Source: Octopus vulgaris
Lineage: Eukaryota
Direction of reading: 5' to 3'
Assembly: GCA_951406725.2 (NCBI GenBank)
Contig: OX597816.1
Span: 107,942,001 to 108,006,000 of the forward strand
Length of the DNA: 64,000 nucleotides
The notes under the pieces were generated by a model that had not been told where the DNA came from, did not search any database, and saw nothing but the letters and a program-made list of their open reading frames with translations. The position numbers were made by a program, and so were the translations under genes. The first letter of the stretch is position 1. Each line of letters opens with the position of its first letter. This document shows, one piece after another, positions 13,095 through 27,400 of the stretch.

Positions 13095-14846
13095 TACCAC
13101 TGCAGATATAAAATCAGAGGCGGCGACGATAGATTACATCGATATAAAGGAAGACGATGTAACCAAGGCTATAGATGAAATGAAAACAGACTCAGCTACT
13201 GGCCCCGATGGATTCCCGGCAATCCTCCTAAAAGCATGTAAGAGAGTCCTAGCAAGACCACTGCAGTTCCTCTTTCAGAGCTTCCTTGCAGCTGGCAAAC
13301 TTCCAGGAAAACTGAAGGAAGGTAAAATATGCCCCATTCATAAAGGAGGTAGCAGAGCGGAAGCCAAGAACTATAGACCTATCTCTCTGACCTCACACAT
13401 CAGCAAGGTCATGGAACGAATAGTCAGAAGGAAGCTGATCACCTTCCTTGAAGAGAATGACCTGCTGCCCGACACCCAACATGGTTTCCGACCAGGGAGA
13501 AGCTGTTTAACTCAGCTCCTACAACACTATGACTGGGTGCTGAAACGGCTGCTCAACCACTCAAATGTGGAAGTGATATATCTCGACTTTGCAAAGGCCT
13601 TTGATAAAGTCGATCATGGAATGATATGTCACAAACTGCGTGATCTCAACATAGTTGGAAAACTGGGAGAATGGCTTCATGACTTTCTGAAGGATAGAAG
13701 TCAGGTGGTAGTAGCCAATGGGGCCACCTCCATTAACACACAAATAGTGAGCGGTGTTCCGCAGGGCACTGTTCTGGGACCACTACTGTTCATAATGGCC
13801 CTCTCAGACATGCCCTCAGCCACGCAGAGAGCCACGATCACAAGTTATGCAGATGATACAAAAGTCTCACAGGCAATACAGAACCCTGAGGACACTAAAC
13901 ACCTGCAATGTGAGCTGGACGAAATATACAAGTGGGCTGAAAAGAATAGCATGCAGTTCAATGCTGGAAAGTTTCAAGCTTTATACTATCAGCATGCAAA
14001 ACTGAATGCAATACCCAATGAATACACTGGACCCGGAGGGATTGCAATCCCAGAGGCACAATCAGTGCGTGACCTTGGTATTCACATGAGTGATGACGCG
14101 ACCTTTCATGTACATGTTGCTAAACTGACAATGAAATGTAGACGGCTGGCTGGATGGATTCTTAGAACCTTTAGAACAAGAGAACAAGAAACCATGATGG
14201 TCCTCTGGAAGACACTTGTCCTAAGCCACTTTGACTATTGCTCTCAGCTATGGTCACCATCCAGTGTCAAGTTGATCACAGAACTTGAGGCGATCCAACG
14301 AAGCTACACAAAGAAGATAGCCTCTATGCAGAATGTAAGCTACTGGGAAAGACTCAAGAGATTAAAATTATATTCCCTGGAGCGTAGGCGGGAAAGATAT
14401 GCCATAATATACATCTGGAAGATCCTGGAGGGAAGTGTCCTGAACTTTGGCATCGAGAGTTACGCAAATGCCAGAACTGGGCGCCACTGCGTGGTGCCTA
14501 GGACTCCAAACCTGCCATCAAGATGTAGGACAAGATACTGTGATAGCCTGGGCTTCCGAGGCCCACAGCTCTTCAATATCCTCCCGAAGAACCTGAGAGA
14601 CCTGCATGGGGTGGATACAGATGTCTTTAAAATGAAGCTGGATCTCTTCCTGTCAGGTGTCCCAGATGAACCAACTTCACGGCAGGAGGGGCAGATGAGG
14701 GCAGCTGCATCGAACTCTCTCATGCACCAAATAGCAGTTGCTAGAAAGCCTCCATGAAGTGAAACCAAGTAGCAACACCAAATGGCGGTGCCCCAGCATG
14801 GCCACAGCTCATAAGCTGAAACTAGAATCAATCAATCAATCAATCA
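13091..14846 (+). mobile_element. CR1-group LINE ('B'), 5'-truncated just upstream of RT, inserted in (TA)n
   Basis: RT ORF, 3'UTR 14758-14825 and tail (AATC)x5 at 14826-14845. (TA)n on both flanks. Confidence 0.92.
13093..14757 (+). CDS. reverse transcriptase domain + C-terminus of LINE ORF2 (554 aa, open frame, no true start)
   Basis: [66 protein letters not shown]. The upstream part of track ORF 12574..14757 is only microsatellite. Confidence 0.92.
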
Positions 14847-15110
<264 letters not shown>

Positions 15111-15392
15111 TAATTAATAAGGGTGAGAGAATTAGATACTAATTTAATAGTATATTTATTCCACACCAAGTGGCCTAGTGCTACGAGAAACCTGGATTAT
15201 TATAATATTTTATAACATATTATAATATTTTCACAAAATAAATATAAGAGAGTGGTCACTATATTGATCACTCTAGCACCAGTTAATCCAAAAGGTTTCA
15301 ACCACGAAAAATACATGTTTCCCATGAAAGCCGGTACGACTGTTAGCTCACACGGACAGGGCAAATAAAAAATAACAAAAATACAGATTATT

Positions 15393-15468
15393 TTGGGACA
15401 ATTGTTTCGCTATTAATGAATTAAATGTAATATTACTTACAGTAATCCATTTGTAGCTCTTCAGCCAA
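15393..15468 (-). ncRNA. type I hammerhead ribozyme
   Basis: Reverse complement of the motif described at 17668-17743. Confidence 0.85.
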
Positions 15469-15926
15469 GACTATCTGGATGAAATCCACTCAATCACACG
15501 CCAGATTTTACCATAACGATAAATACGCGTGCGGTTCAATTGATTACATCGGACGTTATAATTCAAATGCCCCAACCAACAGCGCGCCAAACTCTCACGG
15601 AAAACAAATACAGCATTTAGAAATAAATGCAGCATAATTATAATTAATTAATAAGGGTGAGAGAATTAGATACTAATTTAATAGTATATTTATTCCACAC
15701 CAAGTGGCCTAGTGCTACGAGAAACCTGGATTATTATAATATTTTATAACATATTATAATATTTTCACAAAATAAATATAAGAGAGTGGTCACTATATTG
15801 ATCACTCTAGCACCAGTTAATCCAAAAGGTTTCAACCACGAAAAATACATGTTTCCCATGAAAGCCGGTACGACTGTTAGCTCACACGGACAGGGCAAAT
15901 AAAAAATAACAAAAATACAGATTATT

Positions 15927-16002
15927 TTGGGACAATTGTTTCGCTATTAATGAATTAAATGTAATATTACTTACAGTAATCCATTTGTAGCTCTTCAGCC
16001 AA
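15927..16002 (-). ncRNA. type I hammerhead ribozyme
   Basis: Identical copy in unit 2. Confidence 0.85.
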
Positions 16003-16460
16003 GACTATCTGGATGAAATCCACTCAATCACACGCCAGATTTTACCATAACGATAAATACGCGTGCGGTTCAATTGATTACATCGGACGTTATAATTCAA
16101 ATGCCCCAACCAACAGCGCGCCAAACTCTCACGGAAAACAAATACAGCATTTAGAAATAAATGCAGCATAATTATAATTAATTAATAAGGGTGAGAGAAT
16201 TAGATACTAATTTAATAGTATATTTATTCCACACCAAGTGGCCTAGTGCTACGAGAAACCTGGATTATTATAATATTTTATAACATATTATAATATTTTC
16301 ACAAAATAAATATAAGAGAGTGGTCACTATATTGATCACTCTAGCACCAGTTAATCCAAAAGGTTTCAACCACGAAAAATACATGTTTCCCATGAAAGCC
16401 GGTACGACTGTTAGCTCACACGGACAGGGCAAATAAAAAATAACAAAAATACAGATTATT

Positions 16461-16536
16461 TTGGGACAATTGTTTCGCTATTAATGAATTAAATGTAATA
16501 TTACTTACAGTAATCCATTTGTAGCTCTTCAGCCAA
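16461..16536 (-). ncRNA. type I hammerhead ribozyme
   Basis: Identical copy in unit 3. Confidence 0.85.
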
Positions 16537-16994
16537 GACTATCTGGATGAAATCCACTCAATCACACGCCAGATTTTACCATAACGATAAATACGCGTGC
16601 GGTTCAATTGATTACATCGGACGTTATAATTCAAATGCCCCAACCAACAGCGCGCCAAACTCTCACGGAAAACAAATACAGCATTTAGAAATAAATGCAG
16701 CATAATTATAATTAATTAATAAGGGTGAGAGAATTAGATACTAATTTAATAGTATATTTATTCCACACCAAGTGGCCTAGTGCTACGAGAAACCTGGATT
16801 ATTATAATATTTTATAACATATTATAATATTTTCACAAAATAAATATAAGAGAGTGGTCACTATATTGATCACTCTAGCACCAGTTAATCCAAAAGGTTT
16901 CAACCACGAAAAATACATGTTTCCCATGAAAGCCGGTACGACTGTTAGCTCACACGGACAGGGCAAATAAAAAATAACAAAAATACAGATTATT

Positions 16995-17070
16995 TTGGGA
17001 CAATTGTTTCGCTATTAATGAATTAAATGTAATATTACTTACAGTAATCCATTTGTAGCTCTTCAGCCAA
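16995..17070 (-). ncRNA. type I hammerhead ribozyme
   Basis: Identical copy in unit 4. Confidence 0.85.
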
Positions 17071-17667
17071 GACTATCTGGATGAAATCCACTCAATCACA
17101 CGCCAGATTTTACCATAACGATAAATACGCGTGCGGTTCAATTGATTACATCGGACGTTATAATTCAAATGCCCCAACCAACAGCGCGCCAAACTCTCAC
17201 GGAAAACAAATACAGCATTTAGAAATAAATGCAGCATAATTATAATTAATTAATAAGGGTGAGAGAATTAGATACTAATTTAATAGTATATTTATTCCAC
17301 ACCAAGTGGCCTAGTGCTACGAGAAACCTGGATTATTATAATATTTTATAACATATTATAATATTTTGTGAAAATATTATAATATGTTATAAAATATTAT
17401 AATAATCCAGGTTTCTCGTAGCACTAGGCCACTTGGTGTGGAATAAATATACTATTAAATTAGTATCTAATTCTCTCACCCTTATTAATTAATTATAATT
17501 ATGCTGCATTTATTTCTAAATGCTGTATTTGTTTTCCGTGAGAGTTTGGCGCGCTGTTGGTTGGGGCATTTGAATTATAACGTCCGATGTAATCAATTGA
17601 ACCGCACGCGTATTTATCGTTATGGTAAAATCTGGCGTGTGATTGAGTGGATTTCATCCAGATAGTC

Positions 17668-17743
17668 TTGGCTGAAGAGCTACAAATGGATTACTGTAAG
17701 TAATATTACATTTAATTCATTAATAGCGAAACAATTGTCCCAA
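17668..17743 (+). ncRNA. type I hammerhead ribozyme
   Basis: TTGG-CTGAAGA-[GCTA...TAGC]-GAAA-CAATTG-TC^CCAA. Full core (CUGANGA, GAAA, UH), helix I TTGG/CCAA, helix II closed by G-C, helix III A-U and C-G with an AATT loop. Predicted cleavage after C17739. Confidence 0.87.
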
Positions 17744-18201
17744 AATAATCTGTATTTTTGTTATTTTTTATTTGCCCTGTCCGTGTGAGCTAACAGTCGT
17801 ACCGGCTTTCATGGGAAACATGTATTTTTCGTGGTTGAAACCTTTTGGATTAACTGGTGCTAGAGTGATCAATATAGTGACCACTCTCTTATATTTATTT
17901 TGTGAAAATATTATAATATGTTATAAAATATTATAATAATCCAGGTTTCTCGTAGCACTAGGCCACTTGGTGTGGAATAAATATACTATTAAATTAGTAT
18001 CTAATTCTCTCACCCTTATTAATTAATTATAATTATGCTGCATTTATTTCTAAATGCTGTATTTGTTTTCCGTGAGAGTTTGGCGCGCTGTTGGTTGGGG
18101 CATTTGAATTATAACGTCCGATGTAATCAATTGAACCGCACGCGTATTTATCGTTATGGTAAAATCTGGCGTGTGATTGAGTGGATTTCATCCAGATAGT
18201 C

Positions 18202-18277
18202 TTGGCTGAAGAGCTACAAATGGATTACTGTAAGTAATATTACATTTAATTCATTAATAGCGAAACAATTGTCCCAA
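18202..18277 (+). ncRNA. type I hammerhead ribozyme
   Basis: Identical copy 534 bp downstream. Confidence 0.85.
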
Positions 18278-18687
18278 AATAATCTGTATTTTTGTTATTT
18301 TTTATTTGCCCTGTCCGTGTGAGCTAACAGTCGTACCGGCTTTCATGGGAAACATGTATTTTTCGTGGTTGAAACCTTTTGGATTAACTGGTGCTAGAGT
18401 GATCAATATAGTGACCACTCTCTTATATTTATTTTGTGAAAATATTATAATATGTTATAAAATATTATAATAATCCAGGTTTCTCGTAGCACTAGGCCAC
18501 TTGGTGTGGAATAAATATATATTATAGTATCTAATATAATATATATTATGCTGCATTTATCTATGCTATATATGAGAGTTTGGCGCCTGTTATGGGGTAT
18601 TTGAATATACGTCCGATTATACCGCACGCGTATTTATCGTTATGGTAAAATCTGGCGTGTGATTGAGTGGATTTCATCCAGATAGTC

Positions 18688-18763
18688 TTGGCTGAAGAGC
18701 TACAAATGGATTACTGTAAGTAATATTACATTTAATTCATTAATAGCGAAACAATTGTCCCAA
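18688..18763 (+). ncRNA. type I hammerhead ribozyme
   Basis: Identical copy in the last, partly degraded unit. Confidence 0.83.
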
Positions 18764-18916
18764 AATAATCTGTATTTTTGTTATTTTTTATTTGCCCTGT
18801 CCGTGTGAGCTAACAGTCGTACTGGCTTTCATGGGAAACATGTATTTTTCGTGGTTGAAACCTTTTGGATTAACTGGTGCTAGAGTGATCAATATAGTGA
18901 CCACTCTCTTATATTT

Positions 18917-20956
<2,040 letters not shown>

Positions 20957-21167
20957 ATAAAATATTTGAAACAAAGATAGGTAATCAAAATATATATAAT
21001 ATATATGTAAAAATTGTATTTTTAGTTGATTTATTTTTTTTTAGTATATATAAATGTATAATAAAAGAAAAATATTTGTATATAATTTTTTTTCTATATT
21101 CTTTATGATCTTTTTATTTATATACAACCTCCCAAAAAAAACATACACCAAAACAAAAAAAAAAAAA

Positions 21168-22700
<1,533 letters not shown>

Positions 22701-22705
22701 ATACA

Positions 22706-22852
22706 TCGGTTTCAAACTTTGGCACAAGGCCAGCAATTTCAGAGAAAGGTAAAGTCGACTTCGGCGGAATTTGAACTCAGAACTTAAAGACGGATGAAAT
22801 ACCGCTAAGCAGTGTGCCCGGTGTGCTGACGATTCTACCACCTCACCACCTT
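22706..22852 (-). mobile_element. Meta-like SINE, internally deleted
   Basis: AAAGTCGACTTCGGCGGAATTTGAACTCAGAAC...AAATACCGCTAAGCA, as in 3975-4376. Confidence 0.7.
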
Positions 22853-22855
22853 ACA

Positions 22856-22890
<35 letters not shown>

Positions 22891-22933
22891 ATCCATCGAT
22901 CCACCCATCCATCCATACATACATACATACATG

Positions 22934-22970
<37 letters not shown>

Positions 22971-22984
22971 ACACACACACACAT

Positions 22985-23275
22985 TGGGTCATCCCATAAA
23001 TAATGCACTTTTTTACACTCTTATTTTTCAAATTTAGATTAATAAAGTTTTTTTAATCTAAACTATATCCTGCTTCATTTTCTACAATGCTCTTTCATCT
23101 ATCTGCTAGACTTGCAAAGCCACTCCTCCAAATTCCACTTGTCCGTAACGAAAATACTACCCTAGTACTGTACTGACCTCGTCTACAGAATTCTTATTTT
23201 TCTGTCCAAATGATTTTGAAGACTGCGGAATAAATAATAATCAGATGGAGCAATGCCTGGCGAATATGGTAGGTT
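22985..23275 (-). pseudogene. mariner transposase C-terminal relic with a terminal repeat end
   Basis: Minus strand translates PYSPGIAPSDYYLFRSLQNHL (mariner YSPDLAPSD motif), followed by disrupted frames. It ends in TIR-like TTGGGTCATCCCATAAATAATGC (+ strand reading). Confidence 0.75.
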
Positions 23276-25446
23276 ATTACCGTTCCCCTTTGAAACTGCT
23301 CCATTCAAAATGGTCCCTCAGTATGGCCGCAATCCAATGGCTTTAAAAGTTTGATACGTATTTACTCTTGTGTATACATATATATATAAATAGACATACA
23401 CATCTATTCTCTACTTCTATTTCTGCTTTATTACGTGCAGTTTTGTTACACGTAACAGGAAACCCATGAGCAAATAAACATATTTATAAAAAGAGGACTT
23501 GTACCGCAATAGAGTAAACACATGCTGAGTATTACATATCTTTAGATGGGTACATGTTTGTACACAAGTACAGAAATTCTCAATATGTACACAACTATGG
23601 AAACAGATTTCTATACAAAAACAAACGTGAACACATTAAGAGGCACATATTTATATGCATATATACTCGCATGTACACATACAGATTCACCTATGCGTAT
23701 ATAGAGAGATACGATTACAATGCATGTGTAAACACATACTCAGACACATATACATAAACACCAATAAACATACATGCATACAAACTTACAAACATACATA
23801 CGTGCATACATACATACATTCATACATGCATGGAATCATATACACGTATAACACCTATATTACACTCGAGGGATAAGGAGAATTATGGTTTCTTATTGTG
23901 GTTAATTAAAAATAATCACGTAAACAACTCTAGCAATCATCATCATTTTAATCATCATTTTCGGTATCATCATTCATAATTGGTAGCGCAGTAAGAACAG
24001 TACAATTCCGAATCATAAAATGCCTTAGAGCATCTAATTTATTTATTTTACAGGAAATTAAAAAAATAAATAAATATGGGCTTTACAATACACGTAGGAT
24101 AGCGAAACGATGGAGGGATAGAACAGTAGCCACTATAATGAGAAGCATACTTCTGGCACTGAATCGTTTAAACTCAACGCGGTTATGTACGAACGACATT
24201 AGCGTAAGGGTGTCGGACGTAATGGAAATCAAGGTGGTCGTTAATAGAATCAATGTACTGGCAAAGCACGCTTTAAGCAACAAAATTTAGATTCCAGCTC
24301 TGCAGTTACGTAACATCGTAATGTACACAGGGTGATAATACTGTATTTCAATATTTATTTATGTATTTCAATATTTGTTCAATATCTGTTTATGGATGAT
24401 TTTGTAAAACCGATGAAGTCGACTTGCCCCCTCCCCAGAAATTGTAAGCTTTGTGTCAAAATTTTAAGGAATAAATATTATTGAGTGATAGAGCAGTGCA
24501 TACCCTCAAAGTGACACTGGGGTAAAATATACGAAGCGCAGTATACCCATCATGACTACCTGTCTGATAAGGGTACATCAGGCACATGCATCACAGCCAT
24601 ATGTTTCGCGACATGTAGTTCAGTGTTATGAGTTGTTGAACATATGGTTTTTGTTAAGATGCTTGAACTCTATTCTTAGCTAGATTTCTAAGATAAGAAC
24701 TGGAATGACTTTATGAGCAGTTCACTCAGAAAAAGACTGATATGGGGTCATACTCGATAGGTTGAGATGTGGTGAACGTATTATCTCCGAATTTCATTAC
24801 GTCCTGTTCATCTTAGCTTAACAGTTTTTATCTTATCATGCTAGAGTAACCGCAATACAACAAATCCTCCTCTTGTGAGAATGATGTGTTCTATTGTACA
24901 GGAGAAACACCTACAAGGGACTCAATACTATGCTTGTTCGTTATATACCCATATGGACCAAAATGTGATCAGGATACATCATTTGTGGACGACATTTGCG
25001 GTTAAGTGACTGTGATCTTCATTTCTGAAGCACTTACGTCAATATTTCTCTGTTAGTCCTATATTCTAGACAGAGTTTCGATTATCTTTGCATTCTGTAG
25101 AGGATTTGTAATCTTTCAAAGATCCATTAAGTTCTTTGGATGTTGTATACGTCGACAAAGTGGACTCAACAGCAATTCCACAGAACATTTCTTTACAGAC
25201 TATTGGCAACATCCAAAAGTCTCTTGCCTGGTAATGCATCTGAGGAGCATTGTTAGAGACAAACTTTAAAATCACGGGCCTGATTATAATGGGTCACTTC
25301 GTAATGCACACAGGGTGACTATACTCTATTTCACAGACGCGTTCAATATTTTTTTATGAATGATTTTGTAAAACCGATGAGATCGACTTGCCTCCTCCCC
25401 CGAAATTGCAAGCTTTGTGTGAAAATTTTAAGGAATAAATATTATT

Positions 25447-25955
25447 CAGTGATAGAGCAGTGCATGCCATCAAAGTGACACTGGGGTAAAATATACGAAG
25501 CAGAGTATACCTATCATGACTACATGTCTGATATGGGTACACCATGCAACACAGCCATATGGGCACATGGTAAACAGCGCATGACTTTGTAGGTTGGAAA
25601 CAGAATTTTCTTCAGGTCAAGTATCCCACCCCGCTCAAAAGGTTCCTGAATAAGTATTGTTTAAGGACGATGTACGAAATACCCATGTTTCCAGGGGTAA
25701 ATTATTCAACACCCCAAAAATTCCTCTCAACACACAGCTGTGATGTCCCCTACTACTCCTGTTTGTCATCAGAGATGCGCATATCGTTACCTACGTGTTC
25801 AACTGGTTAAATTCAAACAAATGACAAGAAAATTTGTGGTACTGAGCAGAATATTTGCTGCAACCCATCTTTAATACCAAGACAAAACAAGTACGTAACA
25901 AAACTTTCAATCAGTTGAGAAACCATGAGAGTCACTGCCTGGTGCTGCATCAGGC
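25447..25955 (-). mobile_element. non-coding interspersed element bounded by (TAA)n; probable non-autonomous R4/Dong partner
   Basis: Bounded by TAA repeats at both ends, with a partial second copy at ~24483-24603 and Dong elements adjacent. Strand and family assignment are inference. Confidence 0.45.
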
Positions 25956-26001
<46 letters not shown>

Positions 26002-27383
26002 GCATTTCAACAGCTTCTAACGCTGGAGATGTACTACGGTGTTAGCTGTTCACTACCAGTGAACACCTCTTTTCGAGCATCTTCGGGAGTATTTGAGCGG
26101 AGCGATTCCAAGCAATCCTGTTTTCTGCAAGTGCCCCATCCTTATTGCAGCCCCTATTTGTTCCATGCGCTTCTCGAGATTTTTGCTCACTGTTCCCAGA
26201 GCCCCGCCAATTATTGGTGCAACTACCACCTTTTTCATCGACCACAACTGCTTAACTTCCCGCGCTAACCTGTCATATCCCTCGACTTTTCTTTTTTCCT
26301 CATCGCATACCTTGTTGTCAGTTGGGCATGCTATATCTATGATCAAGCATAGTTTCTTTTTCCCTCAGTTAAGACTATGTCTGGCTTCCTATTCTCTATC
26401 CCATGGTTGCACTGAATTGGTATAACAGAGATTTCCTTCGAGAGCATATCTAACCCTGCCTGGGTTCTTCTTTTCCACCATGGATCTTTTCTTCTGTCAC
26501 TCCCATTCTGTTTCTTTTTCATGACATCGACACCCACATTTTCTGCTACAACAATACTTGCTGCCTTGATCAAATTATTTGTTTCTGTGATGTTGTTTGT
26601 TTTCATGTATTTCGGAATTTCATTGACGTTTTTTGTTTCTTGATTCAATTTCCATCAATCAACCTTTCTAAGGTTGCAAATAATGTCGCTATCGTTCCCC
26701 TGTAGTCTTGCTTTTATTCTGTCGTAGATTGCCTTTTGTTGATTTGTCATGTCGCCATTAGTTTTGTTGTCTTCTTTTAGATCATCTATATGTCTCTCAT
26801 CAATTAAACTACAACTGCTCCTTTCCTGTGCTATGGGATTACTCTTACTGGTAAGAACTGTATTTTCATCGTTATCGCTGCTGCTATTTTCCATGACCCG
26901 TCTTTTGATAGCTTCGAGCTCTAATTCTGTTAACCAACGATTTTTTTTCTTATTTCTCTAGCTTGATCACATAGTCTATTTCCCATGAGTTGAAACAATC
27001 CCTTTTCTCTCCAATGATCATACATACGTTGTCGGTAACCCCTAATTTGAGCACCATTTTCATCTACCGGGTTGCTCAGGTAGTAACACTCCCTGACCAC
27101 AGCATTAATTTTCTTGCTCCATCTACGCCGTGTATGGTGGTCCATGTCTGGATATCGACAGGCTGCAGCCGGACCAGAATCTCTGAGCCTGCCTGGTACA
27201 ATACTATTACCATCATTGGCTTCAGTTTCATTACCACCGTTATTCACAATATTTTGTTTTTTCAACTTCACTCATATAAGGTAGCGATTATCAGGTTGCG
27301 TAATTACCAGTGTTTTTATTATGAAACCATCACTAGACGTATCATTAATCAGGCCATGGTGAGGCTCCGCCTGTTTCTTTTCT
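26002..27383 (-). mobile_element. R4/Dong-clade LINE with internal deletion of the RT domain (pseudogene)
   Basis: N-terminal motifs RRRWSKK...ECYY...GYRQRM..W...RLCDQAREIRK and ITETNNLIKAA...PWWKRR are joined at ~26421 directly to the REL endonuclease (IQCNH..ENRKPDIV; IIDIACP; PIIGGALG; LQKTGLLG). (AAT)n follows the 3' end. Confidence 0.8.
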
Positions 27384-27400
27384 TTATTATTATTATTATT

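Larger units (their letters stand above)
15111..17367 (-). repeat. tandem array of a 534-bp unit (4 full + 1 partial), left arm of palindrome; hammerhead-bearing retrozyme/PLE-pLTR-like element
   Basis: The GGG of the anchor AAGGGTGAGAG begins at 15121, 15655, 16189, 16723 and 17257 (period exactly 534). Copies look identical by eye. Confidence 0.95.
17371..18916 (+). repeat. inverted tandem array of the same 534-bp unit (~2.9 units), right arm of palindrome
   Basis: Reverse complement of the left arm about centre 17369 (CCC ends at 17481 and 18015). Segment 18517-18620 is degraded, with a net 48-nt loss. Confidence 0.95.

Noticed and set aside
15111-18916. CRISPR array or coding tandem repeat interpretation of the 534-bp units
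   Set aside because: No repeat-spacer alternation and no long ORF; units are full-length near-identical copies in a eukaryotic context.
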